The position numbers were made by a program, and so were the translations under genes. From NCBI GenBank assembly GCA_964016885.1, contig OZ024757.1:8804001-8868000 (forward strand): a DNA stretch of 64,000 bases, given 5' to 3'. Below the pieces are notes generated by a model. That model had not been told where the DNA came from and made no database searches. It saw nothing but the letters and a program-made list of their open reading frames with translations. This stretch comes from Eledone cirrhosa. Lineage: Eukaryota. Positions 11,692 through 24,856 of this stretch are shown in pieces; the stretch's first letter is position 1; every line of letters starts with the position of its first letter.

Positions 11692-12834
11692 ATATATATA
11701 GGACCACGGCGTCTTAGCTCCGTAAATATACATTTACTACCAAATTTTCTCTAATCATGATAACAGTCGTTATAACTAAAATGTATTCTTACATAGACAC
11801 GCATACCGTGTGTGTACACAGAATCTCACAGTCACACACGCACACACATGGTTCACACACTCAAAAAGCCACCAAACCAACGGACAAACACACACACACT
11901 GTTACTCGTTAATGTTATATACAACCCAATATACATATATGTACACATCAACATACGCAAAACACTAGCATGACTTCACTTATATATATATACACACTAT
12001 TTTAATTCATCAGTTCCAGCATACACAATATGTAGACTTTCATGTTTACAAATATATAATGTAATCTCGATTTGACATTAATGTTGAAACACGTGTCATA
12101 TTTCTCTGTACAGACTAATATAATGTGTGTTTGAAATACAATTTTCGTTCTTTGGAGACATCGTCTGCTTATATGCCTGGCTCAGAGAGAAGGTTCTCTA
12201 CAGGAGAAATAACTGGCAGAAATATGGAAGTAAATAATAGGAATGCAAGAAGCTTTTCTTGGGAAGAGTTTGTAGTCAATTTGAAGAAATGGTAGAATAA
12301 GGCGTCGTATTTTGAATTAGCTAGACCCATTTAGTTAAATATGGGCTCTCTGGAATTATGAGACAAATATGGTAGTTTCCATCTGGGCATAAAGAACAAA
12401 TATATATGATGGGATAACCAAATATGTAGAGCAATAGCTGATCTAGTCATACGAGGATAAGGAGTATGAACAACGAAGGAAGACCTGAAATAGTGAAGAA
12501 GTGTCGGAGGAAATTTTGTTAAAGATGAGAACTCTGATCTGTGAGATTATTCCATCTACCTCGAAGAATCTTGTGCAACATTCATCTTTTCTTTTTAACC
12601 AGATATGTCATTCTTTTATAGATAACTCTGATAATAGTCTGAAAAAGTGTATCTTTACTTTTGACCTCATTGTAATGTCTCTAAGGATCGAGGTCAATAA
12701 AATGTTTATCCTTGATTATGTTAGGGAGATTGTAATATAATATTCTTGACTGAAATAAGTAGTTATAAATTTACAGATCAAAACATAAATAAGTTTCTGA
12801 ATAATTAATAGATAATTTTTAATTCATAACTTAC

Positions 12835-12894
12835 TCTCTTCAGAAAGTTTTGTCTTGAGTGTTGCACTCCGAGAAGACAAATATGAAGCGTCAG
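12835..12894 (-). CDS. Exon A variant
   Basis: Canonical splice sites, 60 nt. Confidence 0.6.
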
Positions 12895-13083
12895 CTAGAA
12901 AACATAAACAAAATAATAGTAAAACTGCATGTCTATATACAAAATTATATCACAAATACAGAAAACAGTTATTAGATTCATTATCTCTGATAAACTGATA
13001 AATACACCAGGTCCAAACACAAAAAGAACCAAGGTACCATGTCCTTGCCAAATATATGTATATACATACATATATATATATAT

Positions 13084-13148
<65 letters not shown>

Positions 13149-13499
13149 TATAGGACCACGGCGTCTTAGCTCCGTAAATATACATTTACTGACAAATTTT
13201 CTCTAATCATGATGACAGTCGTTATAACTAATATTTATTCTTACATACACAAGCATACAGGATGTGCTGAGAGAACCCCACACTCACACACGCACATACA
13301 GGTCTCACTCACTCAATAAGTCACCAACGGACAAAGGCACACAAACTGTTACTCGATAATGTTATATACAACCCAATATACATATACATTAGCAAAACAC
13401 CACCATGACATCACTTATATATACACACTATTTTATTCATCAGTTCCAGCATACACAATATATAGACTTCCATGTTTACAAATATATAATATATGATGT

Positions 13500-13816
13500 A
13501 ATTGGGCTACTCAGCCATTAATATGCATAAGGTAAGTATATACGTTCAATAATTTGGCAGGAAGGTATACGTTGCTGACGATAGCTAATAAGCTTGAAAC
13601 TAGTACAGCATTCCTTTGTGAGTGTTGAACTAACGAGCAACGATGGTTGCTAGATACTACGGCTTAATACGGGATGTTTGTTTACAAACAAACCAAGCAT
13701 TATAATAAATGTTCGGTTAATCCATATGTACATATATACATATGTGTGCCTGTATGTATATATATATATATTTACTACTGTACGTCTGTATACATATATG
13801 TATGTACTTATACATA

Positions 13817-13820
<4 letters not shown>
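13500..13820 (+). mobile_element. Second monomer of the hammerhead-bearing pLTR-like element
   Basis: CTGACGA at 13575; duplicate of 9402-9720. Confidence 0.6.
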
Positions 13821-13874
<54 letters not shown>

Positions 13875-14307
13875 TATATATATATTTGTGTAAATGAAAC
13901 TTTCAGTATCACGGCGTCTTAGCTCCATAAATATACATTTACTACCAAATTTTCCATAATCATGATGACCGGGGTAATAACTAAAATTAATTCTTACATG
14001 CATGCGCATAGAAAGTGTGCACAGAGAACCTCACACTCACACTCGCACACACATGGCTCACAAACTCAAAAGGCCATCAAACCAACGGACAAACACACAC
14101 GAACAGTTACTCGATAATGTTAAATACAACCCAATATACATATGTGTATACATCAACATACGCAAAACACCAACATGACTTCACTTCTATATATATACAC
14201 ACTATTTTATTCATCAGTTCCAGCATACACAATATATAGACTTCCATGTTTACAAATATATAATGTAATAAAAAAAGTACAATGCACAATCTGTCCTTGC
14301 CATTTAT

Positions 14308-14341
<34 letters not shown>

Positions 14342-14825
14342 GTATTTATATAAATGAAAACATTCAGGATCACGGCGTCTTACCTTCGTGAACATACATT
14401 TACTACCAAGTTTTCTTTAATCATGATGACAGTTGTTATGCCTAAAATGTATTTTTACATACACACGAATATGGAGTGTGCACACAGAACCTCACACTCG
14501 CTCACGCGCACACAGTGCTCAAACACATCATTACACAAAACACACTGCAAAAGCCACCAACGGACAAACGCACACGAACAGTTACTCGATAATGTTATAT
14601 ACAACCCAATATACATATATGTACAGATCAACATACGCAAAACACTAGCATGACTTCACTTATATATATATACACACTATTTTATTCATTAGTTCCAGCA
14701 TACACAATATGTAGACTTTCATGTTTACAAATATATAATGTAATCTCGATTTGACATTAATGTTGAAACACGTGTCATAGTTCTCTGTACAGACTAATAG
14801 ATAGTGTGTTTGAAATAAAACTTAC

Positions 14826-14891
14826 CTTTTTTGGAGACAGCATCTGTTTTTATGCATGGCTCAGAGATAATGTTGTCTACAGGACTCACAA
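14826..14891 (-). CDS. Diverged exon B variant VSPVDNIISEPCIKTDAVSKK
   Basis: ttccgtattcttttccAG | 66 nt | AG-GTAAGT. Confidence 0.6.
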
Positions 14892-15102
14892 CTGGAAAAG
14901 AATACGGAAGAAAATAATAGGAAAGCTAGAAGAGTTTCTTGGGAAGAGTTTGTTGTCAATTTGAAGAAAACGTAGAATAAGGTGTTGTATTTTAAATTAG
15001 CAAGAACAATTTAGTTATATATGGGCTGTCTGGTATTATGAGACAGATATTGTAGTTTCCCACTGGGCCTAAAGAACAAAAAGAGCCAAGTTACCATGTC
15101 CT

Positions 15103-15180
<78 letters not shown>

Positions 15181-16375
15181 ATATATATATATACATACAT
15201 ATTCACTTATTTATATAAATGCAACGTTTCAGGACCACGGCGTCTTAGCTCCGTAAATATACATTTACTACCAAATTTTCTCTAATCATGATAACAGTCG
15301 TTACAACTAAAATTTATTCTTACATACACACGCATACAGTGTGTGTACACAGAATCTCACCGTCACACACGCACACACATAGCTCACACACTCAAAAAGC
15401 CACCAAACCAACGGACAAACACACGCAAACTGTTATCCGTTAATGTTATATACAACCCAATATACATATGTGTATACATCAACATTCGCAAAACACTAGC
15501 ATGACTTCACTTATATATATATACACACTATTTTATTCATCAGTTCCAGCATACACAATATATAGACTTCCATGTTTACAAATATATAATGTATTCTCGA
15601 TTTGACATTAATGTTGAAACACGTGTCATAGTTTTCTGTACAGACTAATAGAAAGTGTGTTTGAAATACAATTTTCATTCTTTGGAGACAGCATTAGTAG
15701 GTATGCTTGGCTCAGAGACAAATTTCTCTACAGGTGAAATAACTGGAATAAAATACGGAAGAAAATATTAGGAAAGCTACAAGGTTTTCTTGGCAAGAGA
15801 TTGTTGTCAATTTGAGGAAATGGTAGAATAATGTGTCGTATCTTAAATTAGCTATAACTCTTTAGTTATATGTGGGGCGTCTGGAATCGTAATACAGATA
15901 TTACGGGTTCCCACTGGTCCTAAAGAACAAATATATATGATGGTATAACCAAATATTTAGAGCAATGCCGATCTACTGGATACGTGTATGAGGAGTATGA
16001 ACAACGAAGGGGGACCAGAAATAGTGAAGAAGTGTGGGAGGTAATTTTGTTAAATATGAGAACACCGATGTGTCTGATAATTCCATCTAACTCAATATAT
16101 CTAGTGCAACATTCACCTTCTCTTTTGAACCAGATATAATGTCATTCTATCTTAGATAACTCTGAAAATGCGCTGATAAGTTGCATCTTTACTTTTGACT
16201 ACATTGTAAGATCTCTGATGATGGAAGTGAATAAAATGTTTATCCTTGATTATATTAGTGTGTTTGTAATATAAAGTGTGATATTCATGACTAAATTAAG
16301 TAGTTACAAATTTACTGTTCAAAACATAAACAAATTACTGAATAATTAATAAATAATCTTTAAATTATAACTTAC

Positions 16376-16435
16376 TATTGTGAAAACGTTTGGTTTTTGA
16401 TGTTGCACTTCGAGAAGACACATAAGATGTGTCAG
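16376..16435 (-). CDS. Diverged exon A variant DTSYVSSRSATSKTKRFHN
   Basis: ttttctttatattttctAG | 60 nt | GTAAGT. Confidence 0.6.
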
Positions 16436-16484
16436 CTAGAAAATATAAAGAAAATAATAGTAAACCTATATGTATATATAGACA

Positions 16485-16665
16485 TAATTGTTTTTACATT
16501 TGGCACAAGGCCAGCAATTACCCAGTACATTACCGGAACTTTCTTTTATCGGCCCCGTAGGTATGAAAGGCAAAGTTAACCTCGGCGGTATTTGAACTCA
16601 CAATGGCAAGGGCCGTAGCACTATGCGTCAAAGCATCGCGTCCGAGTCTCTAACGATACTGCCAA
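16485..16665 (-). mobile_element. tRNA-derived SINE with Nin/Deu-like core
   Basis: Minus strand has an A-box-like tggcagtatcgttag, a B box gagttcaaatacc and the core gcctttcatacctacggggccgataaaag. Absent from the homologous position in other units. Confidence 0.75.
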
Positions 16666-17243
16666 ATAATATTACAAATACATGAAACAGTTATTAGACT
16701 CATTATCTCTGATATACTGATATATACACCAGGCCCGTTCACAAAAAGTACAATGCACCCATATTTCACGTATTTATATAAATGTAACGTTTAAGGACCA
16801 CGGCGTTTTAGCTCCGTAAATATACATTTACTACCAAATTTTCTCTAATCATGATAACAGTCGTTATATCTAAAATGTATTCTTACATACATACGCATAC
16901 CGTGTGTGTACACAGAATCTCACAGTCACACACGCACACACACATGGTTCACACACTCAATAAACCACCAAACCAACGGACAAACACACACAAACTATTA
17001 CTCGTTAATGTTATATACAACCCAACATACATATATGTACAGATCAACATACGCAAAACACTAGCATGACTTCACTTATATATATATATACACACTATTT
17101 TATTCATCAGTTCCAGCATACACAATATGTAGACTTTCATGTTTACAAATATATAATGTATTCTCGATTTGACATTAATGTTGAAACACGTGTCATAGTT
17201 CTCTGTACAGACTAATAGAAAGTGTGTTTGAAATAAAACTTAC

Positions 17244-17309
17244 GTTCTTTGGAGACGGCGTCTGTTTTTATGACTGGGTCAGAGAAAAGGTTATCTACAG
17301 CTAAATAAA
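17244..17309 (-). CDS. Exon B variant YLAVDNLFSDPVIKTDAVSKE
   Basis: Canonical splice sites, 66 nt. Confidence 0.6.
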
Positions 17310-17930
17310 CTGGAATAAATATGGAAGAAAATAATAGGAATGCAAGAAGCTTTTCTTGGGAAGAGTTTGTTATCAATTTGAAGAAATGGTAGAATAAGAC
17401 GTCGTAATTTGAAATACCTAGACCCATTTAGTTATATATGGGCTGTCTGGAATTATGAGACAAATATGGTAGTTTCCATCTGTGCATAAAGTACAAATAT
17501 ATATGATGGGATAACCAAATATGTAGAGCAATAGCTGATCTAGTCATACGAGGATAAGGAGTATGAACAACGAAGGAAGACCTGAAATAGTGAAGAAGTG
17601 TCGGGGGAAATTTTGTTAAAGATGAGAACTCTGATCTGTGAGTTATTCCATCTACCTCAAAGAATCTTGTGCAACATTCATCTTCTCTTTTTAACCAGAT
17701 ATGTCATTCTGTCATAGATAACTCTGATAATAGCCTGAAAAAGTGTATCTTTACTTTTGACCTCATTGTAATGTCTCTAAGGATCGAGGTCAATAAAATG
17801 TTTATCCTTGATTATGTTAGGGAGATTGTAATATAATATTCTTGACTGAAATAAGTAGTTATAAATTTACTGATCAAAACATAAATAAGTGTCTGAATAA
17901 TTAATAGATAATTTTTAATTCATAACTTAC

Positions 17931-17990
17931 TCCTTTCAGAAAATTTGGTCTTGAATGTTGCAATTCGAGAAGACAAATATGAAGCGTCAG
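17931..17990 (-). CDS. Exon A variant
   Basis: Canonical splice sites, 60 nt. Confidence 0.6.
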
Positions 17991-18144
17991 CTAGAAAACA
18001 TAAACAAAATAATAGTAAAACTGTATGTATATATACAAATTCATATTACAAATACAGAAAACAGTTATTAGATTCATTATCTCTGATATACTGATAAATA
18101 CACCAGGTCCGAACACAAAAAGAACCAAGTTACCTTGTCCTTGC

Positions 18145-18210
<66 letters not shown>

Positions 18211-18548
18211 ACCACGGCGTCTTAGCTCCGTAAATATACATTTACTAACAAATTTTCTCTAATCATAATGACAGTCGTTATATTTCTTCTTACATACACA
18301 CGAATACAGGATGTGCTGAGAGAACCCCACACTCACACACGCACATACAGGTCTCACTCACTCAATAAGTCACCAACGGAAAAACGCACACAAACTGTTA
18401 CTCGATAATGTTATATACAACCCAATATACATATACATTAACAAAACACCACCATGAAATTACTTATATATACACACTATTTTATTCATCAGTTCCAGCA
18501 TACACAATATATAGACTTCCATGTTTACAAACATATAATATATGATGT

Positions 18549-19285
18549 AATTGGCTACTCAGCCATTAATATGCATATGGTAAGTATATACGTTCAATAA
18601 ATTGGCAGGAAGGTATACGTTGCTGACGATAGCTAATAAGCTTGAAACTAGTACAGCGTTCCTTTGTGAGTGTTGAACAAACGAGCAACGATGGTTGCTA
18701 GACACTACGGCTTAATACGGGATGTTTGTTTACAAACACCAAGCATTATAATAAATGTTTGGTGAATCCATAAGTACATATATATATGTGTGCCTGTATG
18801 TATATATATATATACATACTACTGTACGTCTGTATACATATATGTATGTACGTGTACATACTTATATTTAAGTAACAGCCGTACTAAGAGTGGGAAATGA
18901 AATTTCGTTTCATATTTTCCGTTTATCGTTGTCGGTGAACCCGGCCGATTAACCCACTCGATATGCAAATTGGGCTACTCAGCCATTAATATGCACAAGG
19001 TAAGTATATACGTTCAACAATTTGGCAGGAAGGTATACGTTGCTGACGATAGCTAATAAGCTTGAAACTAATGCAGCGTTCCTTTGTCAGTGTTGAACAG
19101 ACGAGCAACGCTGGTTGCTAGACACCAGGCTTAATACGGGATGTTTGTTTACAAACAAACCAAGCATTATAATAAATGTTCGGTTAATCCATATGTACAT
19201 ATATATATATGTGTGCCTGTAAGTATATATATAAATACATACTACTGTACGTCTGTATACATATGTATGTACGTGTACATACTTA
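18549..19285 (+). mobile_element. Tandem (~1.75 x 420 bp) hammerhead-bearing pLTR/retrozyme-like element
   Basis: CTGACGA at 18623 and 19043, exactly 420 bp apart. Confidence 0.65.
18610..18664 (+). ncRNA. Minimal type I hammerhead ribozyme with palindromic stem III
   Basis: aagg tat acgttg-CTGACGA-t agct aata agct t-GAA ACTAGT A-cagcgt t cctt. ACUAGU is palindromic and the cleavage triplet is GUA. The 10.1-11.1 pair is a U-U mismatch. Confidence 0.65.
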
Positions 19286-20472
19286 TATATATATATATAT
19301 ATATATTTGTGTAAATGAAAACTTTCAGTATCACGGCGTCTTAGTTCCGTAAATATACATTTACTACCAAATTTTCTATAATCATGATGACAGTGGTAAT
19401 AACTAAAATTAATTCTTACATACATACGCATAGAAAGTGTGCACATAGAACCTCACACTCACACTCGCACACACATGGCTCACACACTCAAAAGGCCATC
19501 AAACCAACGGACAAACACACACGAACAGTTACTCGATAATGTTAAATACAACCCAATATACATATGTGTATACATCAACATACGCAAAACACCAACATGA
19601 CTTCACTTCTATATATATACACACTATTTTATTCATCAGTTCCAGCATACACAATATATAGACTTCCATGTTTACAAATATATAATGTAATCTCGATTTG
19701 ACATTAATGTTGAAACACGTGTCATAGTTTTCTGTACAGACTAATAGAAAGTGTGTTTGAAATACAATTTTCGTTCTTTGGAGACAACATTAATAGGTAT
19801 GCTTGGCTCTGAGACAAATTTCTCTACGGGGGAAATAACTGGAAAAAAATACGGAAGAAAATATTAGGAAAGCTACAAGGTTTTCTTGGCAAGAGTTTGT
19901 TGTCAATTTGAGGAAATGGTAGAATAAGATGTCTTATTTTAAATTAGCTATAACTCTTTAGTTATATGTGGGGCGTCTGGAATCGTAATACAAATATTAC
20001 GGTTTCCCACTGGTCCTAAAGAAAAAATATATATGATGGTATAACCAAATATTTAGAGCAATGCCCGATCTACTGGATACGTGTATGAGGAGTATGAACA
20101 ACGAAGGCGAACCAGAAATAGTGACGAAGTGTGGGAGGAAATTTTGTTAAATATGAGAACACCGATGTGTCTGATAATTCCATCTACCTCAATGTATCTA
20201 GTGCAACATTCACCTTTTCTTTTGAACCAGATATAATGTCATTCTTTCTTAGATAACTCTGAAAATGCGCTGAAAAGTTGTATCTTTACTTTTGACTACA
20301 TTGTAAGATCTCTGATGATGGAAGTGAATAAAATGTTTATCCTTGATTATATTAGTGTGTTTGTAATATAAAGTGTGATATACATGACTAAATTAAGTAG
20401 TTACACATTTACTGTTCAAAACATAAACAAATTACTGAATAATTAATAAATAATCTTTAAATTATAACTTAC

Positions 20473-20532
20473 TATGGTGAGAACATTTGGTTTTTGATGT
20501 TGCTTTTCGAGAAGACACATAAGATGTGTCAG
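20473..20532 (-). CDS. Diverged exon A variant
   Basis: Canonical splice sites, 60 nt; paralogue of 16376. Confidence 0.6.
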
Positions 20533-20581
20533 CTAGAAAATATAAAGAAAATAATAGTAAACTTATATGTATATATAGACA

Positions 20582-20762
20582 TAATTGTGTTTACATTGGT
20601 CACAAGGCCAGCAATTACCCAGTACATTACTGGAACTTTCTTTTATCGGCCCCGTAGGTATGAAAGGCAAAGTTAACCTCGGCGGTATTTGAACTCAGAA
20701 TGGCAAGGGCCGTAGCACTATGCGTCAAAGCAACGAGTCCGTCTCTCTAACAATACTGCCAA
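20582..20762 (-). mobile_element. SINE copy co-duplicated with its flanks
   Basis: Same sequence and same insertion site as 16485-16665. Confidence 0.75.
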
Positions 20763-21367
20763 ATAATATTACAAATACATGAAACAGTTATTAGACTCAT
20801 TATCTCTGATATACTGATATATACACCAGGCCCGTTCACAAAAAGTACAATGCACCCGCTGTCCTTGCCATTTATATATATATGTATTTATATAAATGAA
20901 AACATTCAGGATCACGGCGTCTTACCTTCGTGAATATACATTTACTACCAAGTTTTCTTTAATCATGATGGCAGTTGTTATGCCTAAAATGTATTTTTAC
21001 ATACACACGAATATGGAGTGTGCACACAGAACCTCACACTCGCTCACGCACACACAGTGCTCAAACACATCATTACACAAAACACACTGCAAAAGCCACC
21101 AACGGGCAAACGCACACAGACAGTTACTCGATAATGTTATATACAACCCAATATACATATATGTATACATCAACATACGCAAAACACCACCATGACCTCA
21201 CTTATATATATATACACATTATTTTATTCATTAGTTCCAGCATACACAATATGTAGACTTTCATGTTTACAAATATATAATGTAATCTCGATTTGACATT
21301 AATGTTGAAACACGTGCCATAGTTCTCTGTACAGACTAATAGAAAGTGTGTTTGAAATACAACTTAC

Positions 21368-21433
21368 CTTTTTTGGAAACAGCGTCTATTCTTATGCCTG
21401 GCTCAGAGACAAGGTTCTCTACAGGACTCACAA
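21368..21433 (-). CDS. Exon B variant VSPVENLVSEPGIRIDAVSKK
   Basis: Canonical splice sites, 66 nt. Confidence 0.6.
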
Positions 21434-21668
21434 CTGGAAGAGAAAACGGAAGAAAATAATAGGAAAGCTAGAAGGGTTTCTTGGGAAGAGTTTATTGTCA
21501 ATTTGAAGAAAACGTAAAATAAGGTGCTTTATTTTAAATTAGCTAGAACAATTTAGTTATATATGGGCTGTCTGGTATTATGAGACAAATATTGTAGTTT
21601 CCAACTTGCCCTAAAGAACAAAGAGAACCAAGTTACCATGTCCTTGCCATATATATATATATATATAT

Positions 21669-21740
<72 letters not shown>

Positions 21741-22219
21741 TTCACGTATTTATATAAATGTAACGTTTAAGGACCACGACGTCTTAGCTCCGTAAATATA
21801 CATTTACTACCAAATTTTCTCTAATCATGATAACAGTCGTTATATCTAAAATGTATTCTTACATACATACGCATACCGTGTGTGTACACAGAATCTCACA
21901 GTCACACACGCACACACACATGGTTCACAAATTCAATAAACCACCAAACCAACGGACAAACACACACAAACTGTTACTCGTTAATGTTATATACAACCCA
22001 ACATACATATATGTACAGATCAACATACGCAAAACACTAGCATGACTTCACTTATATATATATATACACACTATTTTATTCATCAGTTCCAGCATACACA
22101 ATATGTAGACTTTCATGTTTACAAATATATAATGTATTATCGATTTGACATTAATGTTGAAACACGTGTCATAGTTCTCTGTACAGACTAATAGAAAGTG
22201 TGTTTGAAATAAAACTTAC

Positions 22220-22285
22220 GTTCTTTGGAGACATCGTCTGATTTTATGCCTGGGTCAGAGAAAAGGTTATCTACAGCTAAATAAA
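22220..22285 (-). CDS. Exon B variant (YLAVDNLFSDP type)
   Basis: Canonical splice sites, 66 nt. Confidence 0.6.
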
Positions 22286-22906
22286 CTGGAATAAATATGG
22301 AAGAAAATAATAGGAATGCAAGAAGCTTTTCTTGGGAAGAGTTTGTTATCAATTTGAAGAAAAGGTAGAATAAGACGTCGTATTTTTAATTACCTAGACC
22401 CATTTACTTATATATGGGCTGTCTGGAATTATGAGACAAATATGGTAGTTTCCATCTGTGCATAAAGTACAAATATATATAATGGGATAACCAAATATGT
22501 AGAGCAATAGCTGATCTAGTCATACGAGGATAAGGAGTATGAACAACGAAGGAAGACCTGAAATAGTGAAGAAGTGTCGGGGGAAATTTTGTTAAAGATG
22601 AGAACTCTGATCTGTGAGTTATTCCATCTACCTCAAAGAATCTTGTGCAACATTCATCTTCTCTTTTTAACCAGATATGTCATTCTTTCATAGATAACTC
22701 TGATAATAGCCTGAAAAAGTGTATCTTTACTTTTGACCTCATTGTAATGTCTCTAAGGATCGAGGTCAATAAAATGTTTATCCTTGATTATGTCAGGGAG
22801 ATTGTAATATAATATTCTTGACTGAAATAAGTAGTTATAAATTTACTGATCAAAACATAAATAAGTTTCTGAATAATTAATAGATAATTTTAAATTAATA
22901 ACTTAC

Positions 22907-22966
22907 TCCTTTCAGAAAATTTGGTCTTGAATGTTGCAATTCGAGAAGACAAATATGAAGCGTCAG
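22907..22966 (-). CDS. Exon A variant
   Basis: Canonical splice sites, 60 nt. Confidence 0.6.
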
Positions 22967-23505
22967 CTAGAAAACATAAACAAAATAATAGTAAAACTGT
23001 ATGTATATATACAATTATATATTACAAATACAGAAAACAGTTATTAGATTCATTATCGCTGATATACTGATAAATACACCAGGTCCGAACACAAAAAGAA
23101 CCAAGTTACCTTGTCCTTGCCAAATATATATATATACATACATATATATATACACATATATATAGGACCACTGCGTCTTAGCTCCGTAAATATACATTTA
23201 CTAACAAATTTTCTCTAATCATGATGACAGTCGTTATAACTAATATTTCTTCTTAGATACACACGCATACAGGATGTTCTGAGAGAACCCCACACTCACA
23301 CACGCACATACAGGTCTCACTCACTCAATAAGTCACCAACGGAAAAACGCACACAAACTGTTACTCGATAATGTTATATACAACCCAATATACATATACA
23401 TTAGCAAAACACCACCATGACATCACTTATATATACACACTATTTTATTCATCAGTTCCAGCATACACAATATATAGACTTCCATGTTTACAAATATATA
23501 ATATA

Positions 23506-24047
23506 CTAGCAGTAAAGCCCGGCGTTGCTCGGGGTCGCTCAGTAGCTGTGTTAAAGTTACAATGTTAAGTTTCTTTTTTGGATTAAAGTCTGTCTGCACG
23601 ACTGTCTGTCTGCACGCCTAACGAAATTTACAGATACATATATTTTAAATAAACTTATACAATTTTTGCTTTTTTTTACGAAATATTTGCTTGTTTTACG
23701 TAGTAAAATAGACTTTAATAGACTTGTTTTCAAGTAAAAATATTGTTTTAAAAGGCTTTTATATGAAAATGAAGCAAAACGGAAGTTTAGTGTTCGAAAG
23801 AACGTAAGACGCTCAATGTAAACAGAACAAAGGGAAATAACTCGTCACTTACGCTCAAAAATCGATACATTAGATTCGATTTCGTCACATAGGGTGGGTC
23901 AATTTGAAATATTTTTTTTCCGATGTCTTCGCTAGGGCTCAATGTACAAGTATAGCAATGTCGGTGGAATTCCGTCAGAGATTCTAAGAGGAGATGTGTG
24001 CCAAAAATCGATAGACAGACAGACAACCACAGCTTTATATATATAGA
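23506..24047 (-). mobile_element. Non-autonomous Helitron (542 bp)
   Basis: Minus strand starts TCtatatatataaagc and ends with the hairpin cccgagcaacgccggg, 8 nt and CTAG. Inserted between A and T without TSD. Empty sites are present near 9395, 13493 and 18542. Confidence 0.88.
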
Positions 24048-24053
24048 TAATGT

Positions 24054-24792
24054 AATTGGGCTACTCAGCCATTAATATGCATAAGGTAAGTATATACGTT
24101 CAATAAATTGGCAGGCAGGTATACGTTGCTGACGATAGCTAATAATCTTGAAACTAGTACAGCGTTCCTTTGTGAGTGTTGAACAAACGAGCAACGATGG
24201 TTGCTAGACACTACGGCTTAATACGGGATCTTTGTTTACAAACACACCTAGCATTATAATAAATGTTTTGTGAATCCATACGTACATATATATATATATG
24301 TGTGCCTGTATGTATATATATATTCATACTACTGTACGTCTGTATACATATATGTATGTACGTGTACATACTTATATTTAAGTAACAGCCGCACTAAGAG
24401 TGGGAAATGAAATTTCGTTTCATATTTTCCGTTTATCGTTGTCGGTGAACCCGGCCGATTAACCCACTCGATATGCAAATTGGGCTACTCAGCCATTAAT
24501 ATGCACAAGCTAAGTATATACATTCAACAATTTGGCAGGAAGGTATACGTTGGTGACGATAGCTAATAAGCTTGAAACTAGTGCAGCGTTCCTTTGTCAG
24601 TGTTGAACAAACGAGCAACGATGGTTGCTAGACACTAGGCTTAATACGGGATGTTTGTTTACAAACAAACCAAGCATTATAATAAATGTTCGGTTAATCC
24701 ATATGTACATATATATATGTGTGTGCCTGTATGTATATATATATACATACTACTGTACGTCTGTATACATATATGTATGTACGTGTACATAC

Positions 24793-24795
<3 letters not shown>
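24054..24795 (+). mobile_element. Duplicate of the tandem hammerhead-bearing element
   Basis: CTGACGA at 24129 has a stem II mismatch; the second core at 24553 is mutated to GTGACGA. Confidence 0.6.
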
Positions 24796-24856
<61 letters not shown>

